From NCBI GenBank assembly GCA_965240325.2, contig OZ251255.1, positions 310,001 to 374,000 on the forward strand: 64,000 nt of DNA, written 5' to 3'. The notes beneath the pieces were generated by a model. It made no database searches. It was not told where the DNA came from and saw only the letters and a program-made list of their open reading frames with translations. This DNA comes from Rebecca billardiae RCC1528. Taxonomy: Eukaryota; Protista; Haptophyta. Below, piece after piece: positions 34,501 to 43,487 of this stretch; the stretch's first letter is position 1, and each line of letters opens with the position of its first letter. Both the position numbers and the translations under genes were made by a program.

Positions 34501-36355
34501 CGGCGCGGACGAGGAGTCGGAGGAGGATCGCGCTCGGCTGCGGCGGGACATCATGGGCGAGCACGCGCCGCCGCCGCCGCCGCCGTGCGTCGACGTGGCG
34601 CGGCGCACCTGGACGGAGACGCTGCGCGACGGCACGGAGCAGGTGCACCACCTCAAGGCCGGCCAGGTGCGCGCGTACCAGCTGCTCGAGCGCGCGGGAA
34701 CCAAGCAGCTGCTCAGCTTCCTCAGCGGCGAGGGCGGCATGGGCAAGTCGTTCGTGATTCGCATGCTCGTGCAACGGTGGCGCAGCCAAGGCCATCGTGT
34801 GATCGTGCTGGGCTCGAGCGCTAAGGCGGCGCGCCTGATCGGCGGGCACACGGTGCACTCCGCGTGCAAGCTGCACCAGCTCGGGTATTTCCAGGTGCGC
34901 GCACTCGCCTGCGTCACCCGCGGCGCGCGCGCGCGAGGGGGCCGGGAGCCCCCGGATTCCCGCCCTCGCGACCAACCGGCCCTCTCAAATGACAAATCCG
35001 CCCCGGCGCGCCCACCACCGCCACTCGCACGATGGCGGCTCCCACAGACCACCAAACTCGAGGGGAGACAGGCGGGGGCGCACTTCAAATGGCTCGCGGA
35101 GGCGGACATCATCGTCATCGACGAGATCTCGATGCTGTCCGGCTCCGCGCTCACCGGCGTGAGCCAGGCGCTCACGTTCACCGCCTCGCGTGGCATGCTG
35201 CTCCAAGAGTCGCGCCGCGCGTTCGGCGGCAAGTCGATCATCACCGTGGGTGACATGTACCAGCTTCCCGCAGTGGAGGCGTTCCGCTTCGAGGACCAGG
35301 TGTGGCAGTGCACCGGGCTGTGGGGGCTCTTCGCGTTTCTCGAGCTCACGGAGAACTGCCGCATCGACCCGGAGGAGGCCGAGTACGCCGCCCTCTGCAG
35401 CCGTGCGCGCGTCGGATGGCGCGGGCACGAGCAGCACAAGGCGGCCGACGAGGCGCTGCTGCGCACCCGCGTGTGCGCGAGTCACTGCGCGCCCGAGCAC
35501 CTGTGCCAGTACGTCGACGTGCAGCGCGTCAAGGTGCGGCACGAGGGCAAGTTGCTCGATTCGGTGACCGAGCAGCCGTGCTCCCACTGCCCGTTCACCG
35601 CCGACACCACGGTGATGTGCGCGCTGCGCGCAAAGGCGGCGGCGCTCAACGCCGAGCACGCGCGCGGGGTGGAGCGCGCGGGCGTCAGCGTGCTCTGGGT
35701 GGAGGCGCGAGACTCGTACTGCAACGCGCGAGGCGACAGCGACGCCGCTCTCGACCTGACCGGCGAGGGCTTGCGCGTCGTCCTCGACAAGCGCGCGAGC
35801 GGCCACGTGCGCACGCTGCCCGTGTACGTGGGGATGCTGGGCGTGCTCACAAACAACGAGGATCCGTCCAAGGACCACTTCAACGGCACCGCGGGCAAGG
35901 TCACGTCCATCGATCTGCTGGAGGATGGCGAGGTCGCTATCATTCACTTCCGCCCGCACTCGTACACGCCAGATCAGCGCCCCCTGCGCATCAAGCGCAC
36001 GGTCATCGACGTCACGCACCGCGGTCAGCGCATCCAGCGCCGGCAGTTCCCGCTCGTTCCGGGACACGCCGTGACCGTGCATCGCGTGCAGGGCGCGACG
36101 ATGAATGGGCCGACGCACGTGCTCCTTAGCAAGGAGTTCTTCGCCGACGGGCAGGCGTATGTCGCGCTCACTCGCCCACGCCGCCTCTCGCAGCTGCATC
36201 TGTGGGTGCTCGACATGGACGCATTCCGCGCGTCGCCTGAGGTGGACGCCGTGTACGCCCGGCTGCGCCGGTACATGCTGACCGAGGCAGTGGTGAGCGC
36301 CGCGCAGACACGCCAGCCGCGCCCGGCTCAGGCTCCAGGCGCGGAGACGGGCTAA
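28580..36355 (+). CDS. Helitron-superfamily (Helentron/Helitron2-like) RepHel protein: HUH Rep + PIF1-family SF1B helicase; probable in-frame intron at 34895-35047
   Basis: Rep motifs FATFTANE, EDQHRGSLHVHAAIW, YISKYVAK. Helicase motifs SGEGGMGKS, IVIDEISM, FGGKSIITVGDMYQLPAV, LTENCR, RRQFPL...TVHRVQGATM, GQAYVALTR. An upstream Cys cluster CYMC...CSAC is present. The reading frame is open for 7.8 kb. Confidence 0.93.
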   Translation: MASHLLLATVAAVPAHAPMTPELAPRRVRTDGHDGDSARAMHHVGALVDAEADSDRECIENLLVRSAFTQHLQRDGMCWGVVPGAVSGAQIVMRDKTRRSSLAPCTVLRAVDSNRQQSPSVAYEVLNPDGSTVLAECGQITLASSPLQLSRQGLVLPGCTVRIHAGDADHEMRGVVTGAHPAAVVGAQQRSLPWYEVRADDGTVHELRAAQFELATTGERELTPEEHLRYLHAQPGAQQHEAGSCRAHANGRDDTPTHTHTEAQASTGGEALPDAGEHAAHDAKRRKAAATDDELALSVSSAACAVVSATCAAFVSKEQHNTTAASNDNPVPTPVTISTDHPEMTVPLLVRLACALVPPAASALLSLRCPTSTELPGLDFLQSSVSWLREADPTVARADARDQDRLRCVAALIGVHSVGGKRGWTPEQSVRLLIARRLAVGTQQLSKLTLDSKSQHACKKQLQRLKRAFADPPVPLLVVQLRGVLDVLPGAATWATHTFFNDEESSVAAVARSMLREQREQHSRAHRPGARVVLCGLQVSRQFNGCAGIVDHYQAGTSVPRYAVRIADVPMLLCVRAANLSAAATRNHGCGEAPPHHHRHRSVMRARAQDAEPPFPGREHDASRPALPLTYEWQRLPLPTELLSSWSLPPSAQVSGGAAGRAGGAWARIPPSWHLCIPAERMVHMGAGVLEEASEAAPRAHAFNLMDVAAATTVGEISTVVARHLRASYHRAVEAQRDGCRRPECCRVRPPTAAHGAPCCAEAREPAQPHTPATDAVHEVRLATLNRSGDGSVLGASVLDAGSTAEAADLFNRQADLVVISLPRGGGSSGLERALQRASTSAANTRPRAPEHTGMLNNLLGGTTEYAEETNLSGINGASKRRMRVHLKEIDEVPSRVCYMCGMVGYKAELPAHNASEISRLEDCRAYTVFRHYLRKKARELEQHGITEEQMMLCKPHSGGGCTVYACSACRSSRREPQKYFDLFDGVDATGQHAPNGIGQEPDKRLDALTCDERCALGVLKMCDATFKAYSGGAGYTHFTGGGTLTPSDFSGLAGLMHRRSDGIQVNRHRMRAALALLRRSNAHVRHALTCFERSARGGAGDRFPQAAGGASSIPFTVLEEGATLGADDGDRGGVAMGLAGARVHSLHTPAIGGILQAVDTIDSDALLASNALEHQTAGTVRSRARPGPIPAGSGARVAGAGGDRHAPAQAMSAESSAYNLVHTALFHTGEGGYFQKEDSTNCSLKHWHKKTLGSVNPRARGCEEFMYHCYQDLIKRQFHACNGRFVTADVANNTHEAALTEQARRAAWQLEHLRSHAPGVDNLVTPVEAVTGSVPRTMVGSKKYWQDCYAGLMALAMHRGIPQVFATFTANEMGWNDLRNACDGDQFQRRPVEATRHYHHRWGAFQRRYLSKGQRSPLGVIDHVWARQEDQHRGSLHVHAAIWIRPGTETPSAITRCVPRPGVGQRLAPKLQEWRDFVRNVQLHECVNVRKCFYRGRERLDKCKYGVPQELHPNAEPTLDEATQRYLYHCEQGEDQRISPYVPEWLLAWGGSINVQWCTGAVFLSYISKYVAKAEPSGEHHGGEAQGERDEDGLSARAHFLHGRSVGAPEVVYRLFGFHMHSPTPVTRLVTAAPSRRMRGVRRVAQQGSDAGVSDPGVLRYADGTLEQYMNRPLGVVSYPKDPPSRARARAGDDDGALSDGDDMDTDADDHTDTDADGAGSVSNARGGRAEQLDAAADAWAAPGAAADGSGPSAAADSMDVDDAPAAADDAALPPPVPQVHKQPPPCMRTLNGTVRLDFDALTYPDFHRYFVVRRRKDISPALLVSGRCWPCINQDADYTVDSAPDTAPFVLARAEQQAVSYDFLVPDRHGERYYYQKLLLNAPFRDATPAAFQSEGRSLRVECVARGIVPDGGEAELARRDAHERLFTPEQVRNFCERAEEWEGIQELMAVDGDVDAPNDAAPDDAARAPSGGADEESEEDRARLRRDIMGEHAPPPPPPCVDVARRTWTETLRDGTEQVHHLKAGQVRAYQLLERAGTKQLLSFLSGEGGMGKSFVIRMLVQRWRSQGHRVIVLGSSAKAARLIGGHTVHSACKLHQLGYFQVRALACVTRGARARGGREPPDSRPRDQPALSNDKSAPARPPPPLARWRLPQTTKLEGRQAGAHFKWLAEADIIVIDEISMLSGSALTGVSQALTFTASRGMLLQESRRAFGGKSIITVGDMYQLPAVEAFRFEDQVWQCTGLWGLFAFLELTENCRIDPEEAEYAALCSRARVGWRGHEQHKAADEALLRTRVCASHCAPEHLCQYVDVQRVKVRHEGKLLDSVTEQPCSHCPFTADTTVMCALRAKAAALNAEHARGVERAGVSVLWVEARDSYCNARGDSDAALDLTGEGLRVVLDKRASGHVRTLPVYVGMLGVLTNNEDPSKDHFNGTAGKVTSIDLLEDGEVAIIHFRPHSYTPDQRPLRIKRTVIDVTHRGQRIQRRQFPLVPGHAVTVHRVQGATMNGPTHVLLSKEFFADGQAYVALTRPRRLSQLHLWVLDMDAFRASPEVDAVYARLRRYMLTEAVVSAAQTRQPRPAQAPGAETG

Positions 36356-36482
36356 TGGCGCACATGTCACGTCTCGCCACCGCACCACGTCGGTGTAATT
36401 ACGACTCGCTGTCACAGCCCTAGTACATGAATAAGAATAATCTGACAAGACTCCGCAGCTGGTAGTCAACGGCCGGCTGATA

Positions 36483-37276
36483 TAGGGACCCACAAATTTA
36501 GTTGCCGGCTGCAGCAGGCACGACTTTGTCTCAGCCCGCACGCCCGCTACGCGCCGACCCGGGCAGAGCCCATCCGCCCGCGCATGCACCAGGCCCAGCC
36601 GCGTCAGTACATACCCACCCGGCCGCGGCACCCGCGCTCTGTGCGCCACGGTGTCGATGCGCCCGGCAGTCGGTGCGCATGCACGAGCCAGCCGGCGGGC
36701 AGCTACGGGCTGGTTTTCGGCGTGGAGCGCGGTCGTGTGAGCTGCATTAATTCAGCTGACCCCCGGCTTTTGTGCATTCGGGAGTCGTGCTGCTACGGTG
36801 GGCGTGCCACGCGCCAACTCGACGCTGGCAAAATTAGGCGACGAAAGTGCACGCGCAGCCACACGCAGCCCATATTGATGCTCTCGGAGCAGGCTCGGGC
36901 ATGCACTCGATCGGCTCTGGCTGACGGCAGCGCCAAGCTGGCGGCGCGGCGCGAGGGTGCATGCGTGGCGTGGGCGGAGCTACGTCGCACACGCACCGCG
37001 CGGCGCGCGGCTCAGCGCACGGAGGCTGCCGACAGCCGGCGGCACGCAGGCAGGTCTGCTCGCCGCCAGTCGAGCTCGCCGGCCGCCGGGTACCAAACGT
37101 CAACCCAGGATGCACAGCCACGCCTATTTGCGAGGACTCGAGCAATCGGGTCCGGGCGCACCTCATGTGCACGGCAGTGGAGTGGGCCAAGTACGCCCCT
37201 GGTATGGTGGCGCGCCGCTGCTTTGCTGCGCTGATATGGCGAACAATGTCGGGAGGCTTAAACTTGTGAGGGACTA
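36483..37276. repeat. 794-bp direct repeat, left copy, with imperfect terminal inverted repeats of its own
   Basis: Apparently identical to 41690-42483 (offset 5207; identical ORF translations). Ends are TAGGGACCCACAAATTTA and, as reverse complement, TAGTCCCTCACAAGTTTA. Confidence 0.95.
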
Positions 37277-37281
37277 AGTGA

Positions 37282-39794
37282 GCAGCCTCGGCTGAGGCCG
37301 TGAGCTGCCGTAGGCTGATCTGACCCGACAAAAGTCGGCGCGAGCGCGCGCGCGCGCGCGGCGCCGCGCCGCCCCGCTGGCACGTGGGCTCGGTGTGCCC
37401 GGGCCACGCAGAGCACCCCGCACCCGGATCTCGCCCAGCTAGCTCGTCCTCGCCGCGCTCTGAGGCCCCCGTAGCAGTCGTAGCTGCTCGCCGCCGCCGC
37501 AGATCGTGAAGACCAGCTGCTGTCAGCTGCTCGCTCTGAGCCGGGACATGGGGCCGCGTGGAGGAGGCGCCGTGCGGCCGGGCGCGCGCGTGCGCGTCGA
37601 GCGGCCCCTGGGCGCACTGCTCACGTGTCGGCGCGCCCGCCCGGCGCGCGCATCATCGCTCAGTCGCGCCGCTCTGCTGAGCTAGCCGCCGCTGGTCGCA
37701 GCCGTCGGCTGAGGCCGTGAGCTGCCGTAGGCTGATCTGACCCGACAAAAGTCGGCGCGAGCGCGCGCGCGCGCGCGGCGCCGCGCCGCCCCGCTGGCAC
37801 GTGGGCTCGGTGTGCCCGGGCCACGCAGAGCACCCCGCACCCGGATCTCGCCCAGCTAGCTCGTCCTCGCCGCGCTCTGAGGCCCCCGTAGCAGTCGTAG
37901 CTGCTCGCCGCCGCCGCAGATCGTGAAGACCAGCTGCTGTCAGCTGCTCGCTCTGAGCCGGGACATGGGGCCGCGTGGAGGAGGCGCCGTGCGGCCGGGC
38001 GCGCGCGTGCGCGTCGAGCGGCCCCTGGGCGCACTGCTCACGCGTCGGCGCGCCCGCCCGGCGCGCGCATCATCGCTCAGTCGCGCCGCTCTGCTGAGCT
38101 AGCCGCCGCTGGTCGCAGCCGTCGGCTGAGGCCGTGAGCTGCCGTCAGCTGATCTGACCCGACAAAAGTCGGCGCGAGCGCGCGCGCGCGCGCGGCGCCG
38201 CGCCGCCCCGCTGGCACGTGGGCTCGGTGTGCCCGGGCCGCGCCGAGTGCCCCGCACCCGGATCTCGCCCAGCTAGCTCGTCCTCGCCGCGCTCTGAGGC
38301 CCCCGTAGCAGTCGTAGCTGCTCGCCGCCGCCGCAGATCGTGAAGACCAGCTGCTGTCAGCTGCTCGCTCTGAGCCGGGACATGGGGCCGCGTGGAGGAG
38401 ACGCCGTGCGGCCGGGCGCGCGCGTGCGCGTCGAGCGGCCCCTGGGCGCACTGCTCACGCGTCGGCGCGCCCGCCCGGCGCGCGCATCATCGCTCAGTCG
38501 CGCCGCTCTGCTGAGCTAGCCGCCGCTGGTCGCAGCCGTCGGCTGAGGCCGTGAGCTGCCGTCAGCTGATCTGACCCGACAAAAGTCGGCGCGCGAGCGC
38601 GCGCGCGCGGCGCGCCGCGCCACCTCGCTGGCACGTGGGCTCGGTGCGCCTGGGCCACGCAGAGCACCCCGCACCCGGATCTCGCCCAGCTAGCTCGTCC
38701 TCGCCGCGCTCTGAGGCCCCCGTAGCAGTCGTAGCTGCTCGCCGCCGCCGCAGATCGTGAAGACCAGCTGCTGTCAGCTGCTCGCTCTGAGCCGGGACAT
38801 GGGGCCGCGTGGAGGAGGCGCCGTGCGGCCGGGCGCGCGCGTGCGCGTCGAGCGGCCCCTGGGCGCACTGCTCACGCGTCGGCGCGCCCGCCCGGCGCGC
38901 GCATCATCGCTCAGTCGCGCCGCTCTGCTGAGCTAGCCGCCGCTGGTCGCAGCCGTCGGCTGAGGCCGTGAGCTGCCGTCAGCTGATCTGACCCGACAAA
39001 AGTCGGCGCGCGAGCGCGCGCGCGCGGCGCGCCGCGCCACCTCGCTGGCACGTGGGCTCGGTGCGCCTGGGCCGCGCAGAGCACCCCGCACCCGGATCTC
39101 GCCCAGCTAGCTCGTCCTCGCCGCGCTCTGAGGCCCCCGTAGCAGTCGTAGCTGCTCGCCGCCGCCGCAGATCGTGAAGACCAGCTGCTGTCAGCTGCTC
39201 GCTCTGAGCCGGGACATGGGGCCGCGTGGAGGAGACGCCGTGCGGCCGGGCGCGCGCGTGCGCGTCGAGCGGCCCCTGGGCGCACTGCTCACGTGTCGGC
39301 GCGCCCGCCCGGCGCGCGCATCATCGCTCAGTCGCGCCGCTCTGCTGAGCTAGCCGCCGCTGGTCGCAGCCGTCGGCTGAGGCCGTGAGCTGCCGTAAGA
39401 GCTGATCTGACCCGACAAAAGTCGGCGCGCGAGCGCGCGCGCGCGGCGCGCCGCGCCACCTCGCTGGCACGTGGGCTCGGTGCGCCTGGGCCGCGCCGAG
39501 CGTCCCGCACCCCGATCGCGCCCAGCCCGCGCGTCCTCGCCGCGCTCTGAGGCCCCCGTAGCAGTCGTAGCTGCTCGCCGCCGCCGCAGATCGTGAAGAC
39601 CAGTTGCTGTCAGCTGCTCGCTCTGAGCCGGGACATGGGGCCGCGTGGAGGAGGCGCCGTGCGGCCGGGCGCGCGCGCGCGCGTCGAGCGGCCCCGGGGC
39701 GCACTGCTCACGCGTCGGCGTGCCCGCCCGGCGCGCACATCATCGCTCAGTCGCGCCGCTCTGCTGAGCTAGCCGCCGCTCGTCGCAGCCGTCG
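37282..39794. repeat. Tandem array of six ~417-bp units
   Basis: Recurrent GGCTGAGGCCGTGAGCTGCCGT..GCTGATCTGACCCGACAAAAGTCGG. ORF starts are spaced exactly 417 bp apart. Confidence 0.97.
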
Positions 39795-39912
39795 TGAGAC
39801 GTGACGTTAGACGTAGAGTAAGCTATAGCCTATAGGCTGATATGATATGACTCGAGATCTACTATACTGAGCAGCTAATAAACTATATACCATCATTGTC
39901 CGACACTGCTCT

Positions 39913-41214
39913 TCAGCGCACGCGCTGCTCACCCTTGGTCTCGACGCAGTCCTGCAGCCGACGCCGATAGGATTTGAACAGCGCCTGGATGAACTTCTTG
40001 TCGTTCCGTACCTCCTCGAACTTAGCCTTCACCACCTCCTCGAACTCCTTGAAGGTTGGCCGCTGCTTGCTCGGGTTGTCGGTGCACCACTTGTGCTTCC
40101 ATGCGTTGAGAAGCTGCTCCACGCGCGCCCAGACATGCTCAATGAGCGACAAGTCGGCGCTGTTCGGCGGCCAGCTACGGCCCGGCTGACCCTCGGTGGA
40201 CTTGGGGCCAAGGTGTCCCTCGGGGCCAAACCGCTCGTCGAGCCATTGGCGCACAGCCAGCGCCGTGTGGGGTGAGGCACTGTCCTGCTGGAAGATCATC
40301 TGTCTGATGAAGTCGCCGAAGAGCGCCTGGGCCTCCTTGTCCAGGAAAGGCAGCACGTCGTTCAGGTACTCCTTCCAGCACACGCCACGGCACTGCTTGC
40401 CGCGACCATTCTCATGCGTGCGGCCGTGAGTGCCCGTGGCAAAATAGAGCGGCGTGATGCCGCGAGAGCAGGCGCCGGCGTAGCCATGGATCACGCAGTC
40501 ACCTGCCTGGACCTGGTTCAGCTTGCGCTTGGGCTCGTCACGCAGCGTCCACGACATCACCGTGCTCCGGTTCGTGACGTCGAACTTGAAGTACTTCGAG
40601 TCGGTGAAGAACAGCCTGTCAACCATCGCCTTGACTCTCTGCAGCCACCGTGCGAACGCCACCCGCTTCTTCGCCTGCTGAGCCGTGATCTGCTTCCTCA
40701 CCTTGAGCGGCTCCCAATCCATCTTCTTCCGCGCCGCGCGGCGTAGCGTCTCGTCGGAGACGTCGAGCGCGGACGCATCGAGCGATCCAGCACCGACGGC
40801 GCGGCACGCAGCCTTCCGCACACTCTGACCAGCCGGCCCGGCGCTGAGCTCGGACGTAAGCGCCGCCTGCGCCTCGGCACTGAGGCGTGGGCGTGGACCG
40901 CGCTTCGGCTTCCCGTCAGCATCAATGTGCCAGCCCTCCGTGTGCCAGTCCATGAACCACTTCTTCATCGTCTTCTCGGTGACCTCGGCCGACCGCGCCG
41001 CCCTCTGGAAAGCTGAGGCCAACGGAGAGCCTTCATTGAGGCACAGCACGCACGCGCCGATCGCATGGTGAAACCTCTCCTCAGGGCCCAGGGCCTTCGG
41101 GTTGTAATCCAGAGCAATACACTCCCGCGATACCCGCCTGTTCGGAGCGTAGCCGACGCGGTGGGCGCCTTTGCGCCCGCGCCGATCTTTGGGCGCGGTC
41201 GGCGCGCGGCCCAT
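39913..41214 (-). CDS. Tc1/mariner-IS630 superfamily DDE transposase, 433 aa, DD47E
   Basis: Motifs LFFTDSKYF (D1), IFQQDSASPH (D2), WPPNSADLSLIEHVW (E). The N-terminal region is HTH-like (VSDETLRRAAR; KKRVAFARW). The C-terminus SYRRRLQDCVETKG is typical of Tc1-like proteins. Confidence 0.93.
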   Translation of the reverse strand: MGRAPTAPKDRRGRKGAHRVGYAPNRRVSRECIALDYNPKALGPEERFHHAIGACVLCLNEGSPLASAFQRAARSAEVTEKTMKKWFMDWHTEGWHIDADGKPKRGPRPRLSAEAQAALTSELSAGPAGQSVRKAACRAVGAGSLDASALDVSDETLRRAARKKMDWEPLKVRKQITAQQAKKRVAFARWLQRVKAMVDRLFFTDSKYFKFDVTNRSTVMSWTLRDEPKRKLNQVQAGDCVIHGYAGACSRGITPLYFATGTHGRTHENGRGKQCRGVCWKEYLNDVLPFLDKEAQALFGDFIRQMIFQQDSASPHTALAVRQWLDERFGPEGHLGPKSTEGQPGRSWPPNSADLSLIEHVWARVEQLLNAWKHKWCTDNPSKQRPTFKEFEEVVKAKFEEVRNDKKFIQALFKSYRRRLQDCVETKGEQRVR

Positions 41215-41689
41215 CAGCCGCCGCCGGCTGCTTGGCCACCAAAGATGACTGCACGTTACGTCCCGAGCCGCCCAAAGTTGATCTTACAGCTGACGAAGCG
41301 GTGTGGCCTCTATTCGAACTCGTTCCGTCCATGGCGAGCGCCCCAGCGACGCAGCCGCCGCGTGCGCTGGGGCCGCACGCCCTCGCGGATGTGCGCTGGG
41401 CACGAGCTCGGCGCCACGGGTTGAGCTCGTCGAGCTATGACAAGCGGCGTGGCGCAAGTCCAACCCAGTGGAGGCCCCAACTGCCGGCCCCGCCGCCGCG
41501 CGGGAGCGTCCGATTAACCTCAGCTGCTCTGCGCAAGATGTGGGCTCCTGTGCCCCACCAACTCGCCGGAGGCGGACGACGCGCTGGGATCGCTGCACGG
41601 CGGGAATATCCCCGACCCATGTGGACCGACGCCGGCCTCGCTCGCCGTCGCCCTCGCCCTCGTTCCGACTTTTCTACTACCTGCTCACT

Positions 41690-42483
41690 TAGGGACCCAC
41701 AAATTTAGTTGCCGGCTGCAGCAGGCACGACTTTGTCTCAGCCCGCACGCCCGCTACGCGCCGACCCGGGCAGAGCCCATCCGCCCGCGCATGCACCAGG
41801 CCCAGCCGCGTCAGTACATACCCACCCGGCCGCGGCACCCGCGCTCTGTGCGCCACGGTGTCGATGCGCCCGGCAGTCGGTGCGCATGCACGAGCCAGCC
41901 GGCGGGCAGCTACGGGCTGGTTTTCGGCGTGGAGCGCGGTCGTGTGAGCTGCATTAATTCAGCTGACCCCCGGCTTTTGTGCATTCGGGAGTCGTGCTGC
42001 TACGGTGGGCGTGCCACGCGCCAACTCGACGCTGGCAAAATTAGGCGACGAAAGTGCACGCGCAGCCACACGCAGCCCATATTGATGCTCTCGGAGCAGG
42101 CTCGGGCATGCACTCGATCGGCTCTGGCTGACGGCAGCGCCAAGCTGGCGGCGCGGCGCGAGGGTGCATGCGTGGCGTGGGCGGAGCTACGTCGCACACG
42201 CACCGCGCGGCGCGCGGCTCAGCGCACGGAGGCTGCCGACAGCCGGCGGCACGCAGGCAGGTCTGCTCGCCGCCAGTCGAGCTCGCCGGCCGCCGGGTAC
42301 CAAACGTCAACCCAGGATGCACAGCCACGCCTATTTGCGAGGACTCGAGCAATCGGGTCCGGGCGCACCTCATGTGCACGGCAGTGGAGTGGGCCAAGTA
42401 CGCCCCTGGTATGGTGGCGCGCCGCTGCTTTGCTGCGCTGATATGGCGAACAATGTCGGGAGGCTTAAACTTGTGAGGGACTA
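41690..42483. repeat. 794-bp direct repeat, right copy
   Basis: Apparently identical to 36483-37276. Confidence 0.95.
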
Positions 42484-42507
42484 TAGAATCTTCACTGGCC
42501 TGGTGTA

Positions 42508-42584
42508 TTATTTCTACCTGATTCCATTTACTATGTCACGGCGACAAACCCGTGCCCGCCAGTGGGAATCGGTGTCACGCCCCG
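42508..42584. repeat. 77-bp conserved block, copy 1; probable terminus of a dispersed element
   Basis: 76/77 identical to 57679-57755. Weaker homology continues downstream (ACCATGGGTC..CAGAACTCTCCGCGCGCTCGCGC). Confidence 0.85.
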
Positions 42585-43487
42585 CTCGGGGACGCAAAGG
42601 CTCCGGCGGGAAGCCGAGACGCACGACTCCGAGGGTCACGCTGCACTCAGCGAGGAGTGCTGAGTGCAGCGATCTAGCTCCGGTGTCGCCGCTCGCAGCC
42701 GTTGAGGAGGAGTTGCGTCCCCGAGCAAGGCACCATGGGTCATCCCAGAACTCTCCGCGCGCTCGCGCCTGCGCCGCGAGCGCTTGATGCAGGCTTCACC
42801 TGTAGTCCCTTTTAGGAGTCGATGCCTTCCCAGGGAGCTCTTGATGAATACGCGTTGCGCGTGCGCGGGCACTCCCGGACAGCCGCCGCCAAGAAGGCCA
42901 GCCTGCGCGCGCCCTCCTCGGTCGTCCGCCGCGGCGCGTGCGCGTCGAGGCGCATGACGGGCTTTGCCGTGCACGTCGTGCCCGTGCTCGCGGCTCATGC
43001 ACGCCTCACGACCGAGATGCATGTCTTGCGCGCCCTCCTTTGGCTCGCACTGCGGTCTCCTCGCCGACAGCCTTGTGATCACGCGCGCCGCCATTTCAAC
43101 CGGATGTTGGCCTGCCAGCTGTCGAGCGTGTGTGTGCGGTCTGATCGATGTCGGCATGGCTGCCGGCGAAGCACTGATGTTGAGTACACCCATACCCATC
43201 TCGCAGAAGCGAAAAAGCCGACCTTTGAATGCCCCAGGGGCGCACGCGTGCCCATCACGCTCGTCGGACAGGCCTTCTCCAGAACTGCGCGTGCCATCCG
43301 GCAGGTCTCTGCGCGCGGAGAGGGCGGTTAGGGCGTCGACGAGGCGGCGCGATTGCTGCCTACGGGTCTTCTTGCCCCCACAAAGTGCCCGCGCACGGCT
43401 GTCACGCCCGCATGCGGCCTTGGGAGCGCTGCGCAGGCGGGCCCTCGCGTCGCCCAGTGCTCGCCCATCCCGTTTTGGGGGGCTTGG

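Larger units (their letters stand above)
36483..42483. mobile_element. Composite Tc1/IS630-like element: direct repeat - inner TIR unit (array + transposase) - direct repeat, TA/TATA-flanked
   Basis: TATA flanks both outer ends (36481-36484 and 42482-42485). TA occurs at all four junctions. See the sub-features. Confidence 0.8.

Noticed and set aside
32078-34975. 965-aa minus-strand ORF and other long antisense ORFs over RepHel
   Set aside because: These are shadow frames of a GC3-rich coding sequence and have no motifs.
37660-39704. Repeated 124-aa ORFs in the array
   Set aside because: They are Arg/Ala-rich products of GC-rich repeats with non-ATG starts and no protein-like signal.
37282-39794. 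CRISPR-like or guide-RNA array next to a nuclease
   Set aside because: The units are near-identical over their whole length with no unique spacers. The adjacent ORF is a DDE transposase with no RuvC/TnpB/Fanzor motifs.
36483-42483. LTR retrotransposon
   Set aside because: The direct repeats lack TG...CA ends, no PBS or PPT was seen, and there is no gag, RT or RNase H. The only internal ORF is Tc1-like.
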